From NCBI GenBank assembly GCA_964426555.1, contig CAYRQJ010000004.1, forward strand, positions 19,109 through 83,108: 64,000 nucleotides of DNA. Reading direction: 5' to 3'. Every line of letters begins with the position of its first letter. Positions within the stretch are counted from its first letter, which is position 1. A model generated the notes under the pieces. It did no database searches. It was not told the DNA's origin and saw only the letters and a list, made by a program, of their open reading frames with translations. Source of the DNA: an uncultured Candidatus Saccharibacteria bacterium (GTDB taxonomy: Bacteria > Patescibacteriota > Minisyncoccia > Phycocordibacterales > UBA9973). The position numbers and the translations under genes are program-made. Positions 47,992-57,303 of this stretch are shown in pieces.

Positions 47992-48029
47992 CCTCACCCT
48001 TACATCCCTCTCGATTGAATGGCGAGGGA
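47992..48029. repeat. Degenerate REP-like palindrome
   Basis: cctcacccttacatccctctcg...cgaggga; resembles CCCTCACCC..CCCTCTCC..GAGGG-type REPs. Confidence 0.4.
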
Positions 48030-48051
48030 AATCGCAATTAAAGCAAATTAG

Positions 48052-48666
48052 TTATCCGGCTATAAGTTCGTTAACTTTAGACATTGTAGTTCCAGTTACA
48101 ATACCGTCAGCTGTAATTTTGTTAGCAGTTTGGAATTTTTTAACCGCAGTTTCAGTCATTGGACCAAATGCACCGTCAGCTATGCCTGTTAAATATTTAT
48201 TATCAATTAAAAATTGTTGCAGTATTTTTACTTGTTCTCCTTTACTACCCTTTTTTAAAGTTTGAGTAATAGGACCAATAGCAATATCAGTTTCTTCTTC
48301 TACAACTACAGGTTTTACAACGTTTCCACTGGTTGGTATTTTAGTATCATTAGATATAACAGTTTCATTTGCATTACCATTCATAGTAATGGTTACATTG
48401 TCTTTTGTTTTAGTGTTAGCACTGTCTACTGTATTTTCTAAAGTATTTTGGTCTATTACTGTTTCTTCGTCTGTTGTTGGATTTATTTCATTACCAAAAG
48501 GGTCAGTAAGATTTGTTTCTTCTTCTACAACCGTAGCAGTCTTACTGCCAAATATTTTTTTAGACAAAGCCATTTCTGGATTAATCTTCAAATAAAAAGC
48601 TCCGAATGTTCCTGCACATAAGATAAGCAATAATACAATAATAAATGTTAGAGTTTTGTTTGACAT
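48052..48666 (-). CDS. Membrane-anchored protein with C-terminal peptidoglycan-binding domain (PG_binding_1)
   Basis: LKKGSKGEQVKILQQFL...DGAFGPMTETAVKKFQ...ADGIV; start reassigned to MSNKTL. Confidence 0.88.
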   Translation of the reverse strand: MSNKTLTFIIVLLLILCAGTFGAFYLKINPEMALSKKIFGSKTATVVEEETNLTDPFGNEINPTTDEETVIDQNTLENTVDSANTKTKDNVTITMNGNANETVISNDTKIPTSGNVVKPVVVEEETDIAIGPITQTLKKGSKGEQVKILQQFLIDNKYLTGIADGAFGPMTETAVKKFQTANKITADGIVTGTTMSKVNELIAG

Positions 48667-48726
48667 AAGAAATAAAATACTTTTACTTTTATAGTATATC
48701 ACAATACATATGATATACTAGTAAAT

Positions 48727-48843
48727 ATGGAGAAAGAATCCACAAAAATATTGTTGGTTTTTATAATGTTTGTACTACTTTTTGCTGGTTTTTTGTTTGG
48801 GTTTTTAGACAACGGCCCTGAGCATTGGATAAGTTTTAATTAA
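48727..48843 (+). CDS. Small single-TM membrane protein (38 aa), absent from the ORF track
   Basis: MEKESTKILLVFIMFVLLFAGFLFGFLDNGPEHWISFN; TGaTATACT 7 nt before the ATG. Confidence 0.6.
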   Translation: MEKESTKILLVFIMFVLLFAGFLFGFLDNGPEHWISFN

Positions 48844-51835
48844 ATATCTTTATTGAGAGCGCGCAATATTGGCAAACATTATTTGTACCATAATTTTTTG
48901 TATTACATGGCCGAGTAACCCAGTCTCCTGAATTTAACAAATTGTTATAATCTGCAATATCTCGTATCAACAAATCTACATGTTCATTTGTAATATTTGT
49001 AGAATAAACTGCATTTTTGTCTTTAGAATTTGATTCTAAAAAAAGCAATCTTGAGTTTGTTACAATTTTCCCATGTTCGGCGCCACGAATTAAATAAGAA
49101 TACATCGCCAGTTGACGCATATAAGAAGACAATCTTTCTTCTTCATTTAATTTTTCAATTTCATTTTTAGTTTTACTTTTACCAGTTTTAAAATCTGTAA
49201 CAATAATCTCACCCTCAGAATATCTTTCAGTTAAATCAATTTTTCCATACATTGTTAGATTTGGGAATTGTGGATCTCTAAAAGATATATCTCTTTCTGC
49301 TATTCTATCAGCTGACAAATTGGGGTAATAATTTTTTATCCAATCTGTAGTTATGCTTAGGCCTTCTTTTGTTAATTTTGATAATTCTTTTAAATCCAGT
49401 ACACCATCTTTTTGTAATGATTCTTTTATTTTATTTTCAATTACTGTAACTGGGGGTAATTTATTTTCTTTGATTATATATTCCAAAGCATTATGCACGG
49501 CACTACCTAAAGATAAACTATTACTTTTTGTTTCAGGTAATTTTAAAAAATTTCTAAAATACCATTTCCAACTACACTCAAAAAAATTATTAAGCATTGA
49601 AACAGAAATTCTGGTTTCTGGGAATCTATCTTTTACAAAAGAAATTACATTACCCATTTCAAGATTATCCTGAACTAATTTCGGCTTCAAAGCAAAATTA
49701 TTTATTCCACTATTAATTATAGCATTTTCATTTTCAATACTATTTTTAATAGTAAAATGTTTTGGGTCTAAATCTTTTATTATATTAGCTAAAGTCAAAT
49801 CCCCTCCTTCTAATTTTTCTTTAGCATAAGTAATGGTTAAAAATTCTTTTCCACGAGTTATTGCAACATATAATTCTCTTTTAGCTGTTTCGGTGTCTTT
49901 TTTCTCAATTAAATTATTAATTTTTTCAGGTAATGAAAAAGCATTCTTTTTACTACTCATTAAAATTTCTTGGTTCATATGCGCCACAAATACATGTTTG
50001 TATTCAAGACCTTTTGATCGGTGCAGTGTCATTACATTTACACCATCTAATTTGCCAATTAAAGCCAAGCTGATGTTTGTATCGTAACTGGATAATCTTT
50101 CTAAATAAGAGATAAAATCAACTATTTTACCAGAAGGATTTTTTTCTTCAAATGACTGAGCCAGGTGTATAAAAGTTCTTACTATTTCTACATTCTTTAA
50201 TAGCTCATCGTGATTTTGAGATTTTTCTATTAATAATTCATTGCCAACAAAAGAAACAATATGTGAGATTTTTTCATTATACAAATCTACTGAATATCTT
50301 TTTAATGTCTTACCCCAATTAGACACAGGGTTAACAGATTCAAATAAATTTTCGTTAACTGATAAATTTATTAAATCATCAATTGTTAAATTATCTGGTT
50401 TTTTAAAATCTTTCAAGAATTTTTGTGCCGTATACGAATCAATACCGGAAACTTTATCCAATAATAATTTACTAATAAAAATACTATTAAAAGGATTATT
50501 TATTAAATTAATTACAGAAATTATACTTTCAAATTCTGCTAAATTAAATAAAGATACATTTTTTTCTGAAGTCACTGGAATATTCATATCTGACAAAACT
50601 TGGGCAACTGCTTTTACGTGTTTATTTTTAGGAACAAGGATTGCAAAATCTTCAGGACTAGCACCATTTGCAATGTGGTCTTTTATGTTCAAAGCTATAC
50701 CAATAATTTCATCTCTTGGGTAATTGTATTCTAGTAGATTAATTTCTTTATTTATTTTTGTATTAGTTTTTAAACTATCCTTTGTAATACTACTTTTTAA
50801 CAAATCATCGGCTAAATTTAAAATATTCCCAGTAGAACGATAGTTCTCAACAAGTGTAATTAATTTTGCTTTTCCAAAAATATGCGAGAATTCTTCAAAA
50901 TAATTTATATTTGCCCCAGAAAATCCATATATCAACTGCCTATCATCCCCCACTACAAAAATATTAGGCAATTCCACTTCTTGCCAAACAGCCTTTAGGA
51001 AATTATTTTGGACAAACGATGAATCTTGATGTTCGTCGATTAAGATATATAAATATTCTTCTTTGATATCACTTTGCGCATCACTGCTTTCTTTTACAAT
51101 TTGCAATGCATATTCTAAAACATCATCATAATCCATTAAATTTCTTTCTTTTTTTAGATCTTCATATATTTTATAAAATTTTACAGCTTCAAGAGTACGG
51201 TTATAGGAATTTATTTTAGTTACAATAGCTTGTTTTAGTTGTCCACGACTTTCTCCACGAGAAGAAATATTTTCAGGATCGTTTTCTAAATCTTTAATTT
51301 CAACATCAATTAAAACTTGGAATTCTTCAGGAGTTATTCTTTCTTTTTTTAATAAAGAAATTAAACTTTTTAAATCATTAAAATACTGAGCATTGTTTGA
51401 ACGACTTTTTAAATACTGCCAGTCATGAGAATTTAGAATTTCATCTACCAAAAAAACAGTTTCTTTTTCGTCGATTAATTTCGGAGAATAATCAAATCCT
51501 AAAACTTCGTAGTATTTTTCAACTATATTCCCAGCAAAACTATGAAATGTATTTATTGTTACATCTCTTGAAATATTGCCGACATATTTTTCAAGTCTTT
51601 GGCGCATTGCAGAAACACCAGAGCGTGTAAAAGTTAGTGCCAATATGCCATTGGGTGGCGTATCAGTTTTGTCTATAATATTTGCGATACGCAAAGCTAA
51701 TACTTGAGTTTTCCCTGTACCGGGACCAGCCACAACCATAACAGGCCCGTCAATTGTATCAACAGCGTCTTTTTGAGCAATATTTAGTTTTTTGTATTCA
51801 TTGTTAAATACGTCTTTATCTGGGTTGTGTGACAT
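48836..51835 (-). CDS. UvrD/PcrA-type SF1 helicase fused to PD-(D/E)XK nuclease (AddA/AdnB-like)
   Basis: AGPGTGKT, LIDEHQD, VGDDRQ, NYRS, TLHRSKGLE, YVAITR; GKIDL..DFKTG, QLAMY; four Cys around the nuclease domain. Confidence 0.92.
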   Translation of the reverse strand: MSHNPDKDVFNNEYKKLNIAQKDAVDTIDGPVMVVAGPGTGKTQVLALRIANIIDKTDTPPNGILALTFTRSGVSAMRQRLEKYVGNISRDVTINTFHSFAGNIVEKYYEVLGFDYSPKLIDEKETVFLVDEILNSHDWQYLKSRSNNAQYFNDLKSLISLLKKERITPEEFQVLIDVEIKDLENDPENISSRGESRGQLKQAIVTKINSYNRTLEAVKFYKIYEDLKKERNLMDYDDVLEYALQIVKESSDAQSDIKEEYLYILIDEHQDSSFVQNNFLKAVWQEVELPNIFVVGDDRQLIYGFSGANINYFEEFSHIFGKAKLITLVENYRSTGNILNLADDLLKSSITKDSLKTNTKINKEINLLEYNYPRDEIIGIALNIKDHIANGASPEDFAILVPKNKHVKAVAQVLSDMNIPVTSEKNVSLFNLAEFESIISVINLINNPFNSIFISKLLLDKVSGIDSYTAQKFLKDFKKPDNLTIDDLINLSVNENLFESVNPVSNWGKTLKRYSVDLYNEKISHIVSFVGNELLIEKSQNHDELLKNVEIVRTFIHLAQSFEEKNPSGKIVDFISYLERLSSYDTNISLALIGKLDGVNVMTLHRSKGLEYKHVFVAHMNQEILMSSKKNAFSLPEKINNLIEKKDTETAKRELYVAITRGKEFLTITYAKEKLEGGDLTLANIIKDLDPKHFTIKNSIENENAIINSGINNFALKPKLVQDNLEMGNVISFVKDRFPETRISVSMLNNFFECSWKWYFRNFLKLPETKSNSLSLGSAVHNALEYIIKENKLPPVTVIENKIKESLQKDGVLDLKELSKLTKEGLSITTDWIKNYYPNLSADRIAERDISFRDPQFPNLTMYGKIDLTERYSEGEIIVTDFKTGKSKTKNEIEKLNEEERLSSYMRQLAMYSYLIRGAEHGKIVTNSRLLFLESNSKDKNAVYSTNITNEHVDLLIRDIADYNNLLNSGDWVTRPCNTKNYGTNNVCQYCALSIKIFN

Positions 51836-51944
51836 AAGTTGATTATAACTTAATTAAATGAATCTAAAAAGGCTCGATATTTTAATATATTTATCATAGT
51901 CAATAGCTTTTTATTACGCCAAATCAATTGTATAATAATACAAT

Positions 51945-52955
51945 ATGAAAAGAATTTTAATGTTTTTAGGATTATTTGTTTTACCCACTACTGGTTTTGC
52001 TCATGTTAGATATGTTTTAGAAGAAAATATAGACTACCATACATTACTGGGACAAAACTGGGGGTTATTAAAATCAGGAATAAATAATTCGGGTTTTATA
52101 GTTGGAACTATTGTTAGTCTTATAATAATAGGAGTAATAATTGAAATGTTGCATACCAAAATATTTAAAAGTTATTTTGACAAAGTAAAAGAAAGATTAA
52201 ATTCATACCATGAATTAGTACCATGGATTATTAGACTTTGTCTTGGTATTGCGTTAATTGGTGCAGGTACAGGACATTTTTTAATATCACCAATAATGGC
52301 AAGCAGCGCATTAATTGCAAATATTGAAATACTATTAGGATTTTTATTCTTAGCTGGATTTTTATTAGTACCAGCAACAATAGCAACAATTATTATATAT
52401 ATTATTGCTATAACTACTGATACATATTTTTTAGGTAATTTAGACTTTTTAGCTTTAGCTATTGGGTTATTAGTATTTCACAGTGCGCGCCCAGGGGTAG
52501 ACGACATCTTAGGAATTTCTTTATTAAAATTTATTAAAATTAAAAGATTATATTTAGACTTGATCTTGAGAATTGGTGTAGGGACAGCAATGATATATCT
52601 TGGTTTATTTGAAAAAATTCTTAATCCCCTTTTAGCAGAACACGTTGTAAATCAATTTAGTTTAACCAGTATAATACCAGTCACAGCTGCTACTTGGACT
52701 TTGGCGACAGGAATAATTGAAACTGCATTAGGGTTAATTATTATGTTTGGATTATTTACTAGAATTGCAGCAATAATTAGTATTATTGTTATTTCTATTA
52801 CTTTTTTCTTTTTTAATGAAGCAGTATTTTCTCATGTTACATTGTTTGGGATATTATCAATCATTGCAGTAGAAGGTAGCAGTATTTTAAGCTTGGATAA
52901 TATAATCAAAAATAAAAAACTATTGACCAAAACAAATAATATTGGAATACGCTAG
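51945..52955 (+). CDS. Double DoxX-like membrane protein
   Basis: Signal + AHVRYV; two LR..G...E..LG repeats ending ..VD/SLD. Confidence 0.75.
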   Translation: MKRILMFLGLFVLPTTGFAHVRYVLEENIDYHTLLGQNWGLLKSGINNSGFIVGTIVSLIIIGVIIEMLHTKIFKSYFDKVKERLNSYHELVPWIIRLCLGIALIGAGTGHFLISPIMASSALIANIEILLGFLFLAGFLLVPATIATIIIYIIAITTDTYFLGNLDFLALAIGLLVFHSARPGVDDILGISLLKFIKIKRLYLDLILRIGVGTAMIYLGLFEKILNPLLAEHVVNQFSLTSIIPVTAATWTLATGIIETALGLIIMFGLFTRIAAIISIIVISITFFFFNEAVFSHVTLFGILSIIAVEGSSILSLDNIIKNKKLLTKTNNIGIR

Positions 52956-53057
52956 TTAAATTTGGAATTAAAAAGTATGCAGTGTATAATACTACACGAA
53001 GCGATCCTTTTTACGCAGGTGGTTTTGTTTTTTTTAATTTCTTAACCCCTGTACAAG

Positions 53058-53091
53058 GCAAACCCCCAATTCGTAAGAATTGGGGGTTTGC
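53058..53091. terminator. Strong hairpin, probably a bidirectional terminator
   Basis: gcaaacccccaattc-gtaa-gaattgggggtttgc (15-bp stem, GNRA loop). Confidence 0.75.
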
Positions 53092-53109
53092 TGCAATACG
53101 TTAAATTGA

Positions 53110-53700
53110 TTATATTTTTACTAATTCTGTAAAAATTACTAACCTGTCTGAAGATGATTTTTTAATATTATTCCACAAACCACTACAAGTAATTAGATTT
53201 AAATATGCACCATTAGATTTCGGCACAAATACATCGGTATAATCTTCACCTGGGGTGTAAATTTTAATTTTAATTACATTAAACACAAGAATATTCCCCA
53301 AACTGTCTTCTATATAAATTTTGTCGTCAACACGCAATTTATATAAATTATCAAATACGGCAGGTAAATTCCCTTTCCATCCAGAATGTCCATCGATTAT
53401 GGCTACCCCATTTTCTCCTGGTCGCGGACCTAAATTATACCAACCTACATTTTTGGGTCCAGAAGGAGCATCAACTGCACCATCTTTTGTTAATCCAACA
53501 TGTTCAACTTTTGATACCACCCCAATAATTGGGATTTTTAAATTTACAGGATTTAATTTGCTATTATTTTTAATAACAATATTTTGTAAATTTACAAAAA
53601 GTAAGATTTTTCTTTCTTTTGCTTTTACTATAATAAATAAAAAAACAAAAATTACTAAAAGAAATCCCAATAGTATATTTTTATTTTTAAAATTTAACAT
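53110..53700 (-). CDS. Class F sortase
   Basis: LKIP.IGV, VGWY..GPRPGE.G.AIIDGH, LNLITC, DRLVI (His-Cys-Arg triad). Confidence 0.9.
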   Translation of the reverse strand: MLNFKNKNILLGFLLVIFVFLFIIVKAKERKILLFVNLQNIVIKNNSKLNPVNLKIPIIGVVSKVEHVGLTKDGAVDAPSGPKNVGWYNLGPRPGENGVAIIDGHSGWKGNLPAVFDNLYKLRVDDKIYIEDSLGNILVFNVIKIKIYTPGEDYTDVFVPKSNGAYLNLITCSGLWNNIKKSSSDRLVIFTELVKI

Positions 53701-53717
53701 TAATTTTTAAAACAACA

Positions 53718-55010
53718 TTATTTATTGTTTACTGCTTTGCGATGAAAATATATAAACAAAGATGCCCCAATTATTCCTAAAAATATAATTGCGTAACTTA
53801 TATAATTTTTTGACTGAGTTGGGTAACCTGTATTTGGCATGGCTGGCACAAAGACTGTATTTACCGGAGGATTAGAAATTGCAGTAATTACTGGGTTACT
53901 AATCACAACAGGTAAAGTATTATTTTCAAGTAATCTTGCAGCGTCACTCATTGCTTGAAGAATATAAACTGGGATAGACCCACCAGACTGAACAACTGGT
54001 ATTATATAAGTATTTATTATTGTACAAATTTTTTCAGCGCCTGTAGCAAATGTTATAGATCCGGCAGAATCACAATCTCCAGAAAAAGTTTTTGTATAAC
54101 TATTATTTACATCTTCACTAACTTCGTAAGTACCTCCAGATAATGAATACAGTGTTCCAGGTGAGATTACTCCAACAGCTGGACTACCAGACACATTTAC
54201 TCCACCTGTTTTTACATATAAATTAAAATCAGAAGAAGCAAGTAGTCCACCTCCGGTATTAACCACAGTTTTGATTATATGAAAACTGGCATTAGTACAA
54301 GTTGGAACAGTAACGGTACTAGTATCTCCAGTTGTTATTACTCCTGCCCCAATAGAAAGTAGTCTTCCTGTTACAGTTGTATTTGCTCCAATAGTAATTG
54401 CATTTGCATTATCAACTATTGTTCCAGAAAATGTAGTAGTTGCTGCTAATGTTGTAGCTGCAGTTGGTGTCCAGAACACATCACAAGCAGATGGTCCAGT
54501 TAAAGTTACAGTAGTACCAACAGTAGAAGTTAAAGCCCCTACTGGTCTAAAAATATAAGTACCGCTACCACTAAGAGTAATTGGGCTTCCAATATTCATT
54601 GCACCACTACTACAATATACTCCGGGGTTATACACCCCAATTGTCCCATGAGTGGCGTCTGTACCTAAATCAATTGCACCTGGTGCAAAAGTAAAAGTAC
54701 AAGCATTAGCGGCTAAAGACCCTAATAAAGTTGATGTGTCTGTTTGTGCAGTCGGTGTTGGTGCACCTGCTCCATAAATTGTGCCACTGACTATTGGTGG
54801 TGTTACTGGGCCAGTTGTATAGCCTACGTCACCATTAATAGTAGTTGCGGCTGATGTGTTGGTATATGTACCAGCAAGTACCCCGTAACTGGCTGATAAG
54901 CCAAGAGATGGAGTTGTTGCACCAAAACTAATGTTTGGAGAAATTATTCCCAAGACTAAAAATGCTGCTGCTAATACAGTTAGCGCTGGTTCCTTCTTAA
55001 ATTTTCTCAT
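53718..55010 (-). CDS. Ice-binding-like (DUF3494) surface protein with Ig-like domain and sorting signal
   Basis: YGVLAG..TN...TINGDVG, PGVYC, A.DVFW, TFSGTI; MPNTG + TM + RKAVNNK tail. Confidence 0.85.
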   Translation of the reverse strand: MRKFKKEPALTVLAAAFLVLGIISPNISFGATTPSLGLSASYGVLAGTYTNTSAATTINGDVGYTTGPVTPPIVSGTIYGAGAPTPTAQTDTSTLLGSLAANACTFTFAPGAIDLGTDATHGTIGVYNPGVYCSSGAMNIGSPITLSGSGTYIFRPVGALTSTVGTTVTLTGPSACDVFWTPTAATTLAATTTFSGTIVDNANAITIGANTTVTGRLLSIGAGVITTGDTSTVTVPTCTNASFHIIKTVVNTGGGLLASSDFNLYVKTGGVNVSGSPAVGVISPGTLYSLSGGTYEVSEDVNNSYTKTFSGDCDSAGSITFATGAEKICTIINTYIIPVVQSGGSIPVYILQAMSDAARLLENNTLPVVISNPVITAISNPPVNTVFVPAMPNTGYPTQSKNYISYAIIFLGIIGASLFIYFHRKAVNNK

Positions 55011-55185
55011 AAAATATTTACTTTTGTTAGCTAGTTATGACCATATACAGTATGACACACTATATACATAATAGATACAAGAGAATTTATAGCTTATATT
55101 ACAAGAGTTTGCGGTGGTAATCTAAAAATGGTAAAACTAGATATCAGTAAAGATATTTTTTCTTAAAAAACTATTTACTAAATAA

Positions 55186-55272
55186 GGAGGCGTCGCATAG
55201 TGGTCTAGTGCACTACCTTGGAAAGGTAGCATGGTGTCAAAGCCATCGGAGGTTCAAATCCTCTCGCCTCCT
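55186..55272 (+). tRNA. tRNA-Ser(GGA)
   Basis: GGAGGCG/CGCCTCC acceptor stem, CTACC-TTGGAAA-GGTAG anticodon arm, long variable arm, GGTTCAAATCC; CCA not encoded. Confidence 0.96.
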
Positions 55273-55281
55273 CAAATAAAT

Positions 55282-56172
55282 CTATATACTATTTCTTAAT
55301 CTTTTTATGCGTTCTTCGGCTGGTGGGTGTGTTGAAAAAAGATTTCCAATTTTTTTACCAACATTACCATTTCCAAATGGATTAGCAATATATAAATGCG
55401 ATATTGCGGTAGATTGATGTTTCATAGGTTGAGAATATGCTGCGATTTTTTCCAATGCACTGGCTAAACCTTCGGGGTATCTTGTAAGCAAAGCACCAGA
55501 TGCATCAGCTAAATATTCTCTATTTCGTGAAATTGCTAACTGCATTAGTGTAGCTAATATAGGAGCAAGGATAGATAATACAATTCCAATAACTACCATT
55601 ATCCCCCCACCATTTTCTCGGTCATCACGTCCACCAAAAAATGACATTCGTATAAACATGTCAGACACAATGGAAATAAATCCCACCAGCACTACTGCTA
55701 CTGTAGATACCAACATATCACGGTTACCAATATGTGACATTTCATGAGCAATTACGCCTTCTAGCTCGGTCTTGTTAAGAATTGCCAGTAGTCCTGTTGT
55801 AGCTGCAATTACAGCATGATTTTTATCACGACCAGTCGCAAAAGCATTTGGTGCAGAATCTTCAACTACATATATTTTAGGCATTGGCAGACCTGCAGTA
55901 ATTGATAAATTTTCCACTGCATTATAAAAATCAAAATATTCTTCCCTACTAGCCGGTTTAGCCCCCGCCAATGTTAATACAATTTTGTCAGAATACCAGT
56001 AACCAACTATATTCATTACAATGCTAAATAAAACAAAAATATATAGAATATTTGGGTTGTGGTAAGTTTGCGCAAAAACAAAACCTAACCCAATTACAAT
56101 ACCAAAGAACAGGCTCATTAGTAGCCAGGTCTTACGAACGCTTTGTGATTGATGAGTATAAAGTGTAGCCAT
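55282..56172 (-). CDS. htpX: M48 zinc metalloprotease HtpX
   Basis: PNAFATG, HEMSH, SRNREYLAD, LFSTHPP. Confidence 0.95.
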   Translation of the reverse strand: MATLYTHQSQSVRKTWLLMSLFFGIVIGLGFVFAQTYHNPNILYIFVLFSIVMNIVGYWYSDKIVLTLAGAKPASREEYFDFYNAVENLSITAGLPMPKIYVVEDSAPNAFATGRDKNHAVIAATTGLLAILNKTELEGVIAHEMSHIGNRDMLVSTVAVVLVGFISIVSDMFIRMSFFGGRDDRENGGGIMVVIGIVLSILAPILATLMQLAISRNREYLADASGALLTRYPEGLASALEKIAAYSQPMKHQSTAISHLYIANPFGNGNVGKKIGNLFSTHPPAEERIKRLRNSI

Positions 56173-56192
56173 GGTCGATTTATTTTATATTA

Positions 56193-56648
56193 CTAGTTAA
56201 TTACAATAGGAATAATTATTTGTTTGATCAATGCTGGGTCACCAGATGGGTTGTCGTTTTCTAAAACTAAATATGCTGGACCAACTGGTAAACCTGTAAA
56301 GTTTACATTAGCAGTAAACGAAACTGGAGCTGTAGTCATCCAGTCAGTAGTAGCGCTACCATGGGTAGTTAGTAATACATTGTTTGAAATATCAGTAACT
56401 TTAACTATTATATTTGCTTCAAAAAAATAAGCATTTTTAATAGAACCTGAAATAATAGATGCCCCAGTTAATGTATCTCCTGGATTAAAAGAAAGACTAA
56501 CTAAATCCAGTGCATTACCTGTTACTACTGGGGCTATTGTATTATTGGTGGGTGTAATTTTTTTAGGACTAAAAAACATAAAACCAAGTATCCCCAAACC
56601 TAGAATGAGTATGACTATGGTTTTTATTTTTGAAGTTTTATTTACCAT
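56193..56648 (-). CDS. Membrane-anchored Gmad2-like immunoglobulin-domain protein
   Basis: YFFEAN, DWMT..PVSF, LENDNPSG motifs. Confidence 0.75.
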   Translation of the reverse strand: MVNKTSKIKTIVILILGLGILGFMFFSPKKITPTNNTIAPVVTGNALDLVSLSFNPGDTLTGASIISGSIKNAYFFEANIIVKVTDISNNVLLTTHGSATTDWMTTAPVSFTANVNFTGLPVGPAYLVLENDNPSGDPALIKQIIIPIVIN

Positions 56649-56653
56649 AATTT

Positions 56654-57214
56654 TTAGAACTTTACTTCTACAGGTTGTGCTTCTACACCATTGTCATCAA
56701 TATCGAAGAATTCTTTTTTAGCAAAACCAAACATGCTTGCAATAACATTTCCTGGGAAAACTTGTAGTGCAGTATTGAAATCTCTTACATTTGCGTTGTA
56801 GAAACGACGAGATGCTTGGATTTTGTTTTCAGTATCAGATAATTCATTTTGTAAGCCAAGGAAATTTGTATTAGCTTTCAAGTCGGGGTAAGCTTCAGCA
56901 ATTGCAAAAATGCTTTTAAGTGCTCCGGTTAGCATGTTTTCAGCTTCAGCGTGAGCTGGAGTAACACCACCAGAACCCATTGCCATAGCGCGAGCTTTGG
57001 TAACATTTTCAAATGCAGTAGTTTCGTGAGTAGCGTAACCTTTAACTGTACTAACTAAATTTGGTATTAAATCATAACGACGCTTTAGTTGAGTCTCTAT
57101 ATCTGCCCAAGCTTCTTCTGCACGATTACGACGACGAATAAACCCATTGTATGATGCTACAAAAAATAGCACCAAAAGTATTAAAATTCCTAAAAATATC
57201 ATTCCTGTTCCCAT
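56654..57214 (-). CDS. lemA: LemA family protein
   Basis: QLKRRYDLIPNLV, EAYPDLKAN, ENKIQASRRFYN. Confidence 0.96.
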   Translation of the reverse strand: MGTGMIFLGILILLVLFFVASYNGFIRRRNRAEEAWADIETQLKRRYDLIPNLVSTVKGYATHETTAFENVTKARAMAMGSGGVTPAHAEAENMLTGALKSIFAIAEAYPDLKANTNFLGLQNELSDTENKIQASRRFYNANVRDFNTALQVFPGNVIASMFGFAKKEFFDIDDNGVEAQPVEVKF

Positions 57215-57252
57215 ATTATGTATATACTACTTATATGGGTCTATTATAACAT

Positions 57253-57292
57253 ATTACTAAAGAGCGCGCCCATGGGCGCGCTCTTTAGTAAT
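57253..57292. terminator. Perfect 40-bp palindrome/terminator after secF
   Basis: attactaaagagcgcgccca|tgggcgcgctctttagtaat. Confidence 0.7.
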
Positions 57293-57303
57293 TGCAGCTT
57301 ATT

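Noticed and set aside
53110-55272. Genomic island integrated at tRNA-Ser
   Set aside because: No duplicated tRNA end and no integrase found
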